Positions 39,630 to 52,169 of a DNA stretch of 64,000 nt are shown piece by piece (position 1 is the first letter of the stretch; every line of letters starts with the position of its first letter). Origin of the DNA: the human T2T-CHM13v2.0 reference genome, Homo sapiens; assembly GCF_009914755.1 (NCBI RefSeq), contig NC_060927.1; one strand, 5' to 3'. A program made the position numbers and the translations under genes. The notes beneath the pieces were generated by a model, which was not told where the DNA came from, did no database searches, and saw nothing but the letters and a program-made list of their open reading frames with translations.

Positions 39630-41214
39630 ATAAACTGTGTCTATGCTTATTAATATATTTACATACACTTTATTGCCTACCTCATGATAAGTGTTTGCAA
39701 TTTGATTAACTGAATTTTAAAAATGCTAAAACTTCCTTGTGTTCTTGAATTATCACAATAAACACAAGCATATATTCTCAGTAAATGGCAAAAGTATCAG
39801 AAAAGAAAGGCTTTTATTTCCTTGTCAATTCATTTGGGCATTTTAAAACCTACTTAGGTATTATCACCTTTCAAAAGCACTATTTTCTTTTCAGTGATAT
39901 TTCCTTGCTTCTATCCTCTACACATATTTGTTTGAGTATAGTCCTTGGCTTAGAAATAAAAAAGAAAAAGCAAACAATTTTATCTATCTATCTTCCTTAC
40001 TGTAGAAAGTTTAATGAGTTAAAGTAAATTAGATTGTCAGTACTACATTTTCTTGAAAAACTTAAGTGGAATTCAAAATGCACTCTAGGAATTTTGTTTC
40101 CTTAAAAAAATGCATTTTTGAATTTAACATTATTTCTACTTTCTTTTTCTTTTGTCGTCTGACAACTGCAAATATTTTTGACAAGTAGCAAATAAGCACA
40201 TAACTGTTTCTACCAAAAGTCAACAAAAAAACAACCAAATATGTACAAACACTCTATGAACTAACAAATAAGTACCCTGTAAATAACTCAAAAAGAATCT
40301 TCAAATGATTTGCTGGGACAGAAAAGACAATACTAGGAAGCAAACTTTCTAAATTGTTGAAGAAAGATACATGCCTAGCACATATTTTCATTGTTCTCAA
40401 GCTATGTTGAAGTTCTGATCTCTCAGAATTAACTTTGGTGTGATTCTCTTGTATAATGTTATGGGGTTGCTCTAGAACAGGAGATCTCTGTGCAAATAAA
40501 CTGATAAGAAGCAACAAAAGAAGCCTCAGAAACATTCAGAGATAGAGTAGCTAGCCCCTCTGATGCTCTTTTTTTTCTCTTCTCAATATAATCAGTGTTC
40601 TTGTAGATCAAGGGTTGCTATTGATACTAGTCACATTTGTTTTCATTTTTCTTCCATAAAGTCAAAGTGAGTGTGTTCCTGAATCTTATGTAATTTTCTC
40701 TGGATTTAAATGGCGTGACTTAACTTTCCGTTCCAAATCTCATTCACAATGTTTTTACAACTTATATTTGTTAAACAATTGTTTATTATAAGTATTTTTC
40801 CTAGAGTTTTTTATGCAGCAGCTCATTTAAAATTTAGAACAATCTAGTCTGTCACCCAACTCCCTTTATTTTATCCACTTAAAACTATCTATCTAATTAC
40901 TTTAATATATGTAGTACATTAGAACATTTTAATGGGAAAAAAGGAGATACCTGAAGCCTTCTTTAATATGAAGTTGCCACATGCTGTGTGATTCGGTCAT
41001 TGACTTTTGCTTTAATTCTCAAAAGTCTGATAATTTGTATTGTAGACAAATGACCTATAAACTGGATAAACATTATTGCTATTTTCAGAATGTATGAAAG
41101 CAATTGTTCAAAATCTATACAAGAGCTAGACAAGCGTATTTCATACGAAGAGAAAGATCATGGGAGAAAAAGAGTGGCGCTAGAGCTTCTTAACCTCAGA
41201 TTAAGAAGCTCTTT

Positions 41215-41325
41215 CTATATAATATATATATAATTATATATAAATATTATATTTATATTATATTACATTATATATAATATATTATATATTAATATATATT
41301 AATATATATTAATATATAAAATATG
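41215..41325. repeat. (TA)n-rich low-complexity tract
   Basis: Direct reading. Confidence 0.9.
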
Positions 41326-41798
41326 CTGTCAATTGTGATTAAAAATTTCTTAGCTATTTGTTAGATATCTTATGTTTATGTGCATAATATTAGAGATTTT
41401 AGGCCAGAAGTAGTGATACTTCAGAAAGAGGAGCTATTGCAGAGGGCAGCCAATACTATCTAATAGTATGATATCTCATTCACCTATGAGAACTGCAGTG
41501 ACTAAAATAAATCTAAGCATCTAGGCATTTTTTGAAGTGTGGCTCACTTGAATTTCATAAAATTTGGTATTTTTAATTCTCCAAAATGCAAAGATCACAT
41601 ACTTTTAGTAATTAAGGAGAGGTTTGTGCACCTAAAATCCAAGAAAAAAAATATTATAGCATATTTTAAAAATCTATAATTGTTTTTTACTTTTTTACTA
41701 CTGAAATGTATATGCTCCCTGAAGTTTGGGATTTAAATAATGTAGAGTTCACTAGATGACACAGAGATAGTGAAGGGGGCAAACTTGTAGGATAAAGA

Positions 41799-41908
41799 TT
41801 TTTTTTTTCTTTTTCTTTTTTACAGTTATATAAATTTGAGAAATAAAACATGATGTTTTGATATACATATGCATAGTGAAATGATGACTAGAGTCAAGTA
41901 AATTAACC
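41799..41908 (-). mobile_element. L1MA 3'-terminal fragment
   Basis: poly-T then aacatgatgttttgatatacatatgcatagtgaaatgatgact...tcaagtaaattaac. Confidence 0.75.
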
Positions 41909-42859
41909 AGGTTATCTTTTTAGATAATTAAGTGTATAACCAAATATTGATCCTCATCTATATTAAAACAATATTTGACACATATTTTAGGAAATTCTCA
42001 AATTTTACACTTAGCCCGAAATTTTGACTGCAAATTTAAAAATTCATGTTAATATTTAGACTGTTTTTTTACCTTAGGAAGATGTATATTAACTATTTAA
42101 TCTCAATACCAACCCAGTCAATACTACAATTAGTATCGTCAGCACCATATTTACCAATATAAAAATTGAGTAACAGAAAGGTTATGTAATTTCCTTAAGA
42201 TTATGCAGCCAATATATGACAAAACAGATATGAACCAGAGCAGTGTGAATCCCAGATTTGTAGCCCAAACTCCTGTATTACACTAAAGGGTAGTTATGTG
42301 AACAGATGAGAAAACTGATGCTCACCTAAGTTCTTCGTGCATTTTTTAATACACAGTAGTATAAGTGTGAATGGATACTGAATGGGTTAAAAGTCTTGGT
42401 ACTAACTGTGCATCCAGAAGTTAAAAGAACATATTATAATGTCTCTTTAAGTAAAGTTCACAAAAACAGAAGAAATAAAATACTACGGTCTTGCTTTATC
42501 ACCACTATGTGGAAGCCAAGGTTTTTTCAAATCTATTTCTCTAGTTAAGAAAGGTTAAAAAGGCAACTCAAGTGTTCACATGCTCTAGTGAAGGCTGACC
42601 TTAAATATAAGGCATGCTCACACTTTCTATTTTGTCGTTTCCAAGGCACCTCTCATAGAATGACTAGAGCAGCAAGTTTTTGAAAGGCAATGGTACCTAT
42701 CAGCCAGGAGCTCAACTTAAACATTTTTGCTGGGTGTACATAAATTTGAGGCAACTTTTGACGGTTTTATAACATTTTACTCTTACTATGTTTCAAAATA
42801 TATAGAAGGTAAAAAACTAAAAAAAAAAAAAAGTTTGCTTAAAGAAATAATTGTATGGG

Positions 42860-43168
<309 letters not shown>

Positions 43169-44424
43169 TTATTAGGCATGCTAAAAGTGTTGGATTTTCT
43201 TGGATCTTCAGCCTCCATTCAATATTTATTTGACAAAAGCTAATTTGCTGTGTATTGAAATATAGGGGAAAAAGTTTCTTTGCTGGAACCCCAGAACAGT
43301 TTGGGTGATGGATGCTCAAAGATGGGTATTTAAAAGGCAAGCTCACAGCAGTGAATTGCTGTACCCAGTTATATGATGAGTAGCACCCTGTCAGCTTTTC
43401 CTGACAGAAATTGACATGAACTGAGGAAGATGACAACTTTCCTAAGTCTGAGGTCTCTGAAGTGTGTCTGTTAAACAGATTGCTTCTGTAATAGATTGAA
43501 AAAGACATCTAATAGTCAGAGAGCAGAGCTAACTGTTAAGAAATAGAAGGGCCTTGGTTCCTAATCCCTCTTGAGAGATGAGCCATTTAACCTACTCCCT
43601 GATGCAGAAATCTTGATACTTAAGAGGTTTCTCAGGTAAGAGTTTTGAATTGTTCTGTATCCTGCACCAGGGCTGATCTTTATGATACAAAGAACTCAGG
43701 AGGGTGGTTGGATCCTAACTAATTTAAGTGCAGCTTGTGACTGGTCACAGTTTCCAACATGAAAAGATTGCAATATAATAGTCATCTAATCGTTCATTTT
43801 ATACCTATCTGCCCAAATCTGCTTTTGTTTGTAAGTTTCCTAGTTGTGTGTTTTCTTTTCCCTAATCATAATCTAACTTCATCCTGAGCAGGCACTATGT
43901 GCTGACTCGTTTTATTCTGACTACTTCCAATGTGCTGACTAAAATGCTTGCTAATAAAATAGTCCCTTATCTCAATAGCTTATTGTGGGCCCCAATAATT
44001 GTCCTTGGAATCTATCCCTAATAAGTTATTAAGTCTCAAATAAGCTAGAGAAATCAATGTTTTATGACCTTCCTTGTGGTGAAAATAAGAGAGCTAGTCT
44101 AGAAAGATCAATCAAGTTGCCCAAAGTTGTGTAATGTATCATATTTGTTTATGCATATCCTGTGTTGATCTAAAAAAGATTTATGGCAGTTTAAAACAAT
44201 GCCTGACAGCAGGAGTGAAAAGAAAACAGGTAAACAAGATGAACAATAATAGACAAGAGATAAATAGGTATATAAAAAGAGATCACTTCAGTGAAATCAT
44301 ATACATATTCTAGAAGTAGAATATTAATTTATCTCTAAATTTTTAGCAGCAAACTGAACAGGAAGTTAAAATCAGTAATATAATTTTAGAATGTTTAATA
44401 ATAAAATCACACAAATTAAGAATA

Positions 44425-45133
44425 CAGAGAGCCTATAAATGGACGTGCAAGTAGGAAAGATATCGCTAAATTCTTTTCCTAGCAAGGAATATTAATATTA
44501 ATACCCTGGGAAAGGAATGCATTCCTAGGGGGAGGTCTATAAACGGCCGCTCTGGGAATGTCTGTCTTGTGTAGTTAAGATAAGCACTGAGATAAGCCCT
44601 GGTCTCCTGCAGAACCCTCAGGCTTACTAGGGTTGGAAAAACTCGTTAAATTTATGGTCAGACCAGTTATCTGCTCTCCAACCCTGTTCTCTGTTGTTTA
44701 AGATGTTTATCAAGACAATATGTGCACTGCTGAACATAGACCCTTATCAGTGGTTCTGCTTTTGCCCTTTGCCCTGTGACCTTTGTTGGACCCTTGTCAG
44801 TGGTTCTGCTTTTGTCCTTTGTCCTGTTCCCTCAGAGGCATGTGATCTTTGTTAGACCCTTGTTAGTGGTTCTGCTTTTTGCTCTTTGAAGCATGTGATC
44901 TTTGTACCTACTCCCTGTTTTTATGTCCCCTCCCCTTTTGAAACCCTTCATAAAAACTTGCTGGTCTGAGACTCAGGCAGCCATCACATCCTACCAATAT
45001 GTGATGTCACCCCTGGCGGCCCAGCTGTAAAATTCCTCTCTTTGTACTGTCTTTCTTTATTTCTCAGCTGTCCAACACTTATGGAAAATAGAAAGAACCT
45101 ATGTTGAAATATTGGGGGTGGGTTCCCGCAATA
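44425..45133 (+). mobile_element. MER11A-like LTR (HERV-K HML-8 group), 5' part missing
   Basis: cagagagcctataaatggacgtgcaagtagg...; internal triplicated gaccctt.tcagtggttctgctttt unit; ends aaatattgggggtgggttcccgcaata. Confidence 0.85.
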
Positions 45134-45227
45134 GGTTTAATAATATGGATATTAAAAGTGATAATATTTACATCATATTTTCCTTAAAAATGTTGGAGCA
45201 CATTATTAAAGTTTCAGAATGAAGAAC

Positions 45228-45579
45228 TGTAGGGAGACCCCCCTGAAACTATTGCTACGGAATAAAAGATGAAATGCTGTACAGTACTTCTACATACAGA
45301 TGTTATGTTAAAGAATTACTTCATCTTCATGTGACCATCTCACCTCATAATCAAATGACCCTAAATCCCTCACTAACCTACCCCCGCCCTCATTAAACTT
45401 AATAATAAATGCTGGTATATCCAGTGCATTATTGGCACCATGGGACCAGAAAGCAGTGACCCCCCTGTACCCAGCTTTCACTATCTTGTGTGTGTCTATT
45501 ATTTCTCGACCTGCCGATCTGCCTGGGAACAAAGAGACAGCGCCATTGCATTGCGGGCTGCTGGCCAGATCCCGCAATA
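45228..45579 (+). mobile_element. MER11D-like solo LTR (HERV-K HML-7 group) with large internal deletion
   Basis: tgtagggagaccccctgaaactattgctacgg...gctggccagatcccgcaata; perfect 6-bp TSD aagaac (45222-45227 / 45580-45585). Confidence 0.82.
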
Positions 45580-45842
45580 AAGAACCATCTAGATTCAGCT
45601 TGGATTTGAATTGAGGTAAAAGATGGTGAGACCAACAATGAGTTTTAGAATAATTTATAATTGTCCCAGCCTACATTTTATTTCAGGAGTTGCCTTTCTA
45701 ACCACTGTTAAAAATAACCAGGGCAGCCGAGATGGACCTCTCTCGGGGTTAGCTCTCTACATGAAAACAGACAATCTTGTCTGGGAGTCTTTATAGGTGG
45801 GATCCCAGATATCACAACTTTGCACTTTTTGTAGTTGATTCT

Positions 45843-46033
45843 TTATATATATATATAATATATATGTTATAATATATATATTATATATATAATATATTAT
45901 ATATGTTATAATATATATATTATATATATAAAATATATTATATATATTATAATATATATATTATATATATTATAATATATTATATATATATAATATATAT
46001 ATTATATATAATATATATTATATATATATATAT
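45843..46033. repeat. ~190-bp (TA)n/(TATAA)n tract
   Basis: Direct reading. Confidence 0.95.
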
Positions 46034-49000
46034 TTGATTTAACTGAGCCAAAATGTGGAAAAAAAATTATTGAGAAATGAAATGGCTGAAGATGAATAAC
46101 ATGTGGTTGATTGGTAAGCCTTTCTTTTATTTCAATCAACTGAGATTCTCATCACCTTTCTAATAGTTCCACCTTCACCACCCTTTTCTATTTTTATTTA
46201 ATCTAGTTGGGTAAAGTTGCTAATATTTGCAAAGTAATGCAATAGCTTTTGTGGGAAGGTTATTTTTTCTGACAAATGGAACTAGAATTTATTTTTTATA
46301 GATTAGTTCCTTACACTGAATGTGTCCAGAGTGACTATAGTCTCATTTATATCACTGCTAAGCCATATTGCTTTTTAGATTATAAATGACCATTGTAAAC
46401 AGCAAAATTTATTCTTGAAGGTAAAATACTCTACATATTATTTTTTATATAATATGACTTAAAAGGAGAATGTGATTTATAAAACCCTGCTATATATGCC
46501 TTTGTTATTAGTACCAGGGAATCAAGCCCAGGTTGATTGTCCCAATAACTAAGTTGGTTAATTTCTTTAGCCATAAAGAAAAACAAATTTTATATTTTCA
46601 TATGTTTCAGTCACAAGGACCACTATTGATCCTCATGTTGACACCATCCATTCACACAGGCAGTCAAACTATCACTAGTCTTCTACTTGGCTCCAGGTAA
46701 AGGAATTAACAGCTGGTGGCAAAGCTAATTAGGCCCAATTATTACCCACCTGACCTAATTTGCCATCAGATGTCTGAGAAGTCATCTGAATTACCAAATA
46801 GAGATGTAGCCACTATATACACATGAGTCCCATGGATAATTTATTTCTAATGAAACTCATTTGGAGAAGAGAAATGCACTGATTGTGATACAATAATCAA
46901 AAGGAGGGACATCATCTGTGTCAAATGTCCTGAAGGAAGACGATAGGGTAATATAATGGTATTTATTCATTATTCTACTCATGTACTTTTTTTTCTCAGA
47001 GTAGTTCTTTCTGTAAGTTAAAAAGAGCCCTTAATTTTATTGTTAAAGGTCTGAGCTTCAATTTGCTCACTTGATAAGGTGAGCTAATTGATAAATCCTT
47101 TCATCTGTGATTTTTTGCCCCATAGGTCATTTATTTGAAATGTTAACTAGGTGCAAGACATTCTTCTTGATTTTTTTTAGTTTCTAGTTGGTTAAGAAAA
47201 TCCACACTTATGCATATAGGTGATTTGGGATCACCAGAATTGTTGATGTCTTCTAAGAGGAGAGCAGAGTGATCTGGGCAACTAAAAGTAATCAATGGGG
47301 CATCATTTCCATCCAGGCTTAGCCAAAGGAGATCCCGCACTGGCATATGCTTAGCATGAAAGGTATTCAAGGGACAGCTGAACAAATGGAAGGTGATCCA
47401 AAAATACTCTTTCTTATTTATTGTATAATTCTTTTTCATCGGTAGAAAAACATATTCTGAATCACAGGAACTTTCAAGTTGTGCTGAAGAATGAGAGTGT
47501 AAACAGAATATAGAAAATAACGAACTTCAACTTTCAAAGTAACTATTACACAAGACGATGATGAGAAAGGATTAAAAGGAAAAGATCATTTATAATTGCA
47601 AATATTTCATCAGATCACTGAGAGAGTTAGCAAAGCACATTGCTGTTAAAGGGAAAAAGAAACAACTCTTCTTACACCTTGTCCTTTATTCTGCTTGCGA
47701 GCTAGCTAGCTATAGATCCATATCTGGTAGCAAAGGAGCAGCTTCTAATCTGCTCACACAAAGCTGTCTAATTAGTTGGTACAATTGTAGCAACAGGTCA
47801 GTCAGGGGCAGGCAATGGAGGGAAAGCAGTACTATCCCTTGCAGAATTTGTGACTTTTTATAACAAGCACTTGACTTGATCCTCTCAATTTTATCCTTTC
47901 AATTTGATACTTTATACACTTTTTTAAAGGGCTGGTGACTCTGTGACACATTGAAACCACCATCAATCATATCTAATTTAGGATGATTTAAAGTTCTGAG
48001 AGTAGATATCAATGAAAAATGAGTGGTAAAGATGCATGAGGGCATTTCAATAACATAGAGGTGTGTAAGGCAATAACTCCAATCGGACAAATAGAAATTT
48101 CACAGAGAAGAGTGTATGAAGAATTGACGTTGTTCCTTAGCCAGTGAGAGCCATTCCTGACAAGTCCAGTAACTCAGGAGACCAGAAAGTGGACCCACTT
48201 ATTTGCATGAAGGAGATCACGAGTCCACTTACCTATTTCTTTATTCATCTTCTTCAAACAAGCAACACAAAGCTACATAGGACAAAATCAAGTCTTATAT
48301 ATTTAGTCCTAATATTACAAAGCTAATAACAATGTATGTATCTATGTGTGGAGCTTGCACTATGCATCTGAATTGCTGTCAAGCAATTAATAAGATATAA
48401 ATAACATCATATTTAATACAAAAAGTCTATAAGCCCCATTTTATAGACAAAAATACTATGGCACAGAGAAGCCAAATATATTTTATAAGGATATAGGTCC
48501 AATATAAGCAACATAAGTCCAGGCAGCCTAGTAATGGGCTTATACTATAAGTTTTTATACTGTCTTATTAAAAAGACAAAAAAGAAAATCTGAATAAGAA
48601 AAAGATTAGCCTATAGTGAATAAATAAGTACATTTCAAATATTTTAGGAAGGGAATGTATTTATTTGACAAAACAATCATGAGTTTTGAAATTATATGCA
48701 AATTAAGACAGTCTTGTAATATGCTTAACATAGCTATTGTTCTTCATACACTAAACAGATTTATTTATCTTCCTATAAGATGGATGAAAATTTTCAGCAA
48801 TGTAATTTTGGCTCTGAATCACTCTCAGAAAATGGACCAGCAGTTCCCTTGATTTGATCTACTCAGCAGGTCAGGATAGATGGGTCTCCATCACCACCTG
48901 TCATTGAGTACATTAGCTTTGTCAACCTCCACATCCAATTACATGCTAGCTGTGTGGCCAAAACACTCTGGGCCTTCCTTGCCTCCAGTGTCTTCTTTTA

Positions 49001-49734
49001 GAAGTGTGTACAAGATTATTTGCCTCCTGATGCTGGAGGTGGCTTCCTGGGATAATCTGACATAAGAACAGAAAAAAATGTGACCTAGCCCAGTGCTGGA
49101 GACTGCCTTTGTGTTATTAATAATGTTGTTTCTTAAAACTTGAAATCCTATATCTTAATAAATACATATAAATTTGTTTAAATAAAGTAATTTTTCCTTG
49201 GCAGCTGAGATGCTGATGCTCTGAGATATCATTTCCCATTTAGAATCAGCAGCACAGCATAGAGGTTTTTATTCTGCTGCCAGATCATCTCATGAGCATT
49301 TATATTCCTTCTCCACCTAATTCCAACATAGTATCTTACCACTGAGATCGGATTAAGAGTTTCTTCTGATAAAATTTCAGCTTCAATTTTTAAAAATAAT
49401 ATTGATATCTGCAAAGTATGTGCCACTATTAACAGAAAGGTCTCAGAACTAGGAAAAAAGAAGCAATTACTTTCCCACATATTAGTGCATGTGGGGTGTA
49501 TATATGCACACACATATAAATAATGTACACCAAAGATATGGCCAAAGGTTATAAAAGTTGTTAGTCAGTTGTTTAACAGTACAATGGTTTAATTTTTGAT
49601 TTTTTTTGTTGTTTATGACGTGCTACTTTTATCCTTTTTGTATCTTATCATTTATTTGCTAATGTTACATGTCCTCGCAGAGAGTGGAAATATGAATAGA
49701 GAATTTGCAGGAAACCTGATTAAACCTTATAAAA

Positions 49735-50033
<299 letters not shown>

Positions 50034-50360
50034 TTATAAAAGCAACGCATAAACTCTGGAACTTACTTTTCTTTTGTACTCTGTCTTGTCATTTCATTCA
50101 GAATGGGTAAGTGTAATTTTAAAATGTTTTAAAATAAAAATTTTTTGAGTAATGTTTCTAATTTAATTAAATAGAAACACAGTCAATGAAATAGAAATGA
50201 TTAGTGATAGAAGTAAACATAATCATAAAGTTTTCTTTACTTTGCTTCCACTTATGGAGTTTTGAAAACTTCTAAAATAAAACCCACAAAACAGGAGGGT
50301 AAAATAATTAAGCACCTGAGAGAAGGAACAGAATTCCTATATTCTAATCTCAGATGAAAC

Positions 50361-50660
50361 TTTTTTCTTTTTATTTTTTTAGATGGAGTCTCACTCTGTC
50401 AACAGGCTGGAGTGCAGTGGCACGATATCTTGGCTCACTGCAATCTCCACCTCTGGGGTTCAAGCGATTCTCCTGCCTCAGCCTCCTGAGTAGCTGGGAC
50501 TACAGGCACGTGCCACCACACCAAGCTAATTTTTGTATTTTTAGTACAGACAGGGTTTCGCCATGTTGGCCAGGATGGTCTCAGTCTCTTGACCTCATGA
50601 TCTGCCCTCCTTGGTCTCCCAAAGTCTTGGGATTACAGGCGTGAATCACTGTGCCCAGCC
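50361..50660 (-). mobile_element. AluS (Sc-like)
   Basis: Antisense dimer, ggccaggatggtctcagtctcttgacctc; TSD tcagatgaaact / tcagatacaact. Confidence 0.95.
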
Positions 50661-50679
50661 TCAGATACAACTCGTTAGT

Positions 50680-50855
50680 GACAGTAGTCAAGTTACCCAA
50701 ATTTTTCTACCTTATTCTTCTCACTTGTAGGATGAGTGTAATGATAGTCTTTCACAACTTTGTCATGAAGATTAGCATGTAGTTTATCATTAACATCATA
50801 CCTGTTAAGCACTTAAAGCAGTATATAGCACATTGTAAATGCTATAGAAGTTAAA
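50680..50855 (+). mobile_element. MIR fragment
   Basis: caagttacc...ctcacttgtaggatgag...gaagattag...aagcacttaaagcagtatatagcacat. Confidence 0.6.
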
Positions 50856-52169
50856 TAAAACATACCACTTCCAATAAAATCAGCTAGATTAACCATTCAG
50901 TCTAATCATATTCTATTGTGAGATAAAGTAGAAAATTGATTATTAGAAATAACAATATAATTAAAATATCTTTACTTTTATATCTATCCGTTAAATTTAA
51001 TTGTAATCATGTACCAAAAACACAAACACAACAGTTAGAAAATCAGGTATTGAGAAAGAAAGGGATGTGAATGATATATGGTAGATCTTCCTACATGGCT
51101 TTAATGACATATAATATTCCATTTCTTTATGAAAATGTAATCAAATATGGCCAAAAATACTAGATTTTGTTAAAAGGCATAGTGGGAATATGACTATTGT
51201 ATTTATCTGTACTGTATATATGTTTAAAATATTTAATAAAAAATTAAGATGACTTAATGCTCACACATGTTTAATTTCAATCCTGTCTTTGCCAGTTACA
51301 AACTCTACGACTTTGGGCAAGTCATTTATTCTCTCTGTACTTCACTATCTTCTTATTTCTATGTTCAAATAAACCTTGAGATAATTCACAGAAAAATGAG
51401 GAATCCCAGATTTAACTGTTAATATATAAATATTGTAGCTAAAATTAAAGAGGAGAGAGTCACCAAATATTTCAATTTTCTTATTAAGTGCACAGTTGAA
51501 GAATGGCAATATGAAGAATCTCCACTATTAGTGACAGAATGGCTTAGGGATTGTTTCTGGAATTGATGCCTAACATACAGTCAAAGAGGAAGAAGGCAAA
51601 CTTAATAAAATCCAAATAAAAGATTACAAAATTACGAGTAGTTTTGCCTTGAATAATTTGTCATAAAACCTATAAATTATGAAAAGTAATATCTCTAAAA
51701 TTGAATAATAAGTGTACATTACTTAGAGCAATAAATTCCCATTCAAAATCCCTAGCAAAAGCAGTTCCTTTATGTGTGATAAAGAGGAGAAAAAAATTCA
51801 GAAGCAAATAGTGTACAATACAAGTTGAGAATCAAAGTCAATTTAATAATTTTTTTAAAAAATCCTTTTATAACTCGATCCTTTATGAAATTTGTAATTG
51901 CATAAGACAGAGTAGGGTTGTGTGGATCTTATATAATCATGTATATCAATGATTCCAACTCTGGTTGTTCATTACAACAAACTATGAAGATTTTATTTTT
52001 TAGATGGCTGACTAAAGATATGAAATGCAAGTACTCCTTAGAAAGAAGAGCCAAAATTACGAGTGAATAATCATGGCTCAAGTGGAGTACTGAGGGGAGA
52101 GTGATAAAACCCATTGGTTCAGAATTCATGTAAAGAAGAAAGAGGCTGGGGCACAAAACAAGAAGAAAG

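Noticed and set aside
44739-44900. Three ~55-60-bp tandem units
   Set aside because: Internal repeat of the MER11 LTR itself
47143-47439. 98-aa minus-strand ORF in unique DNA
   Set aside because: No recognisable homology or supporting exon structure; length compatible with chance
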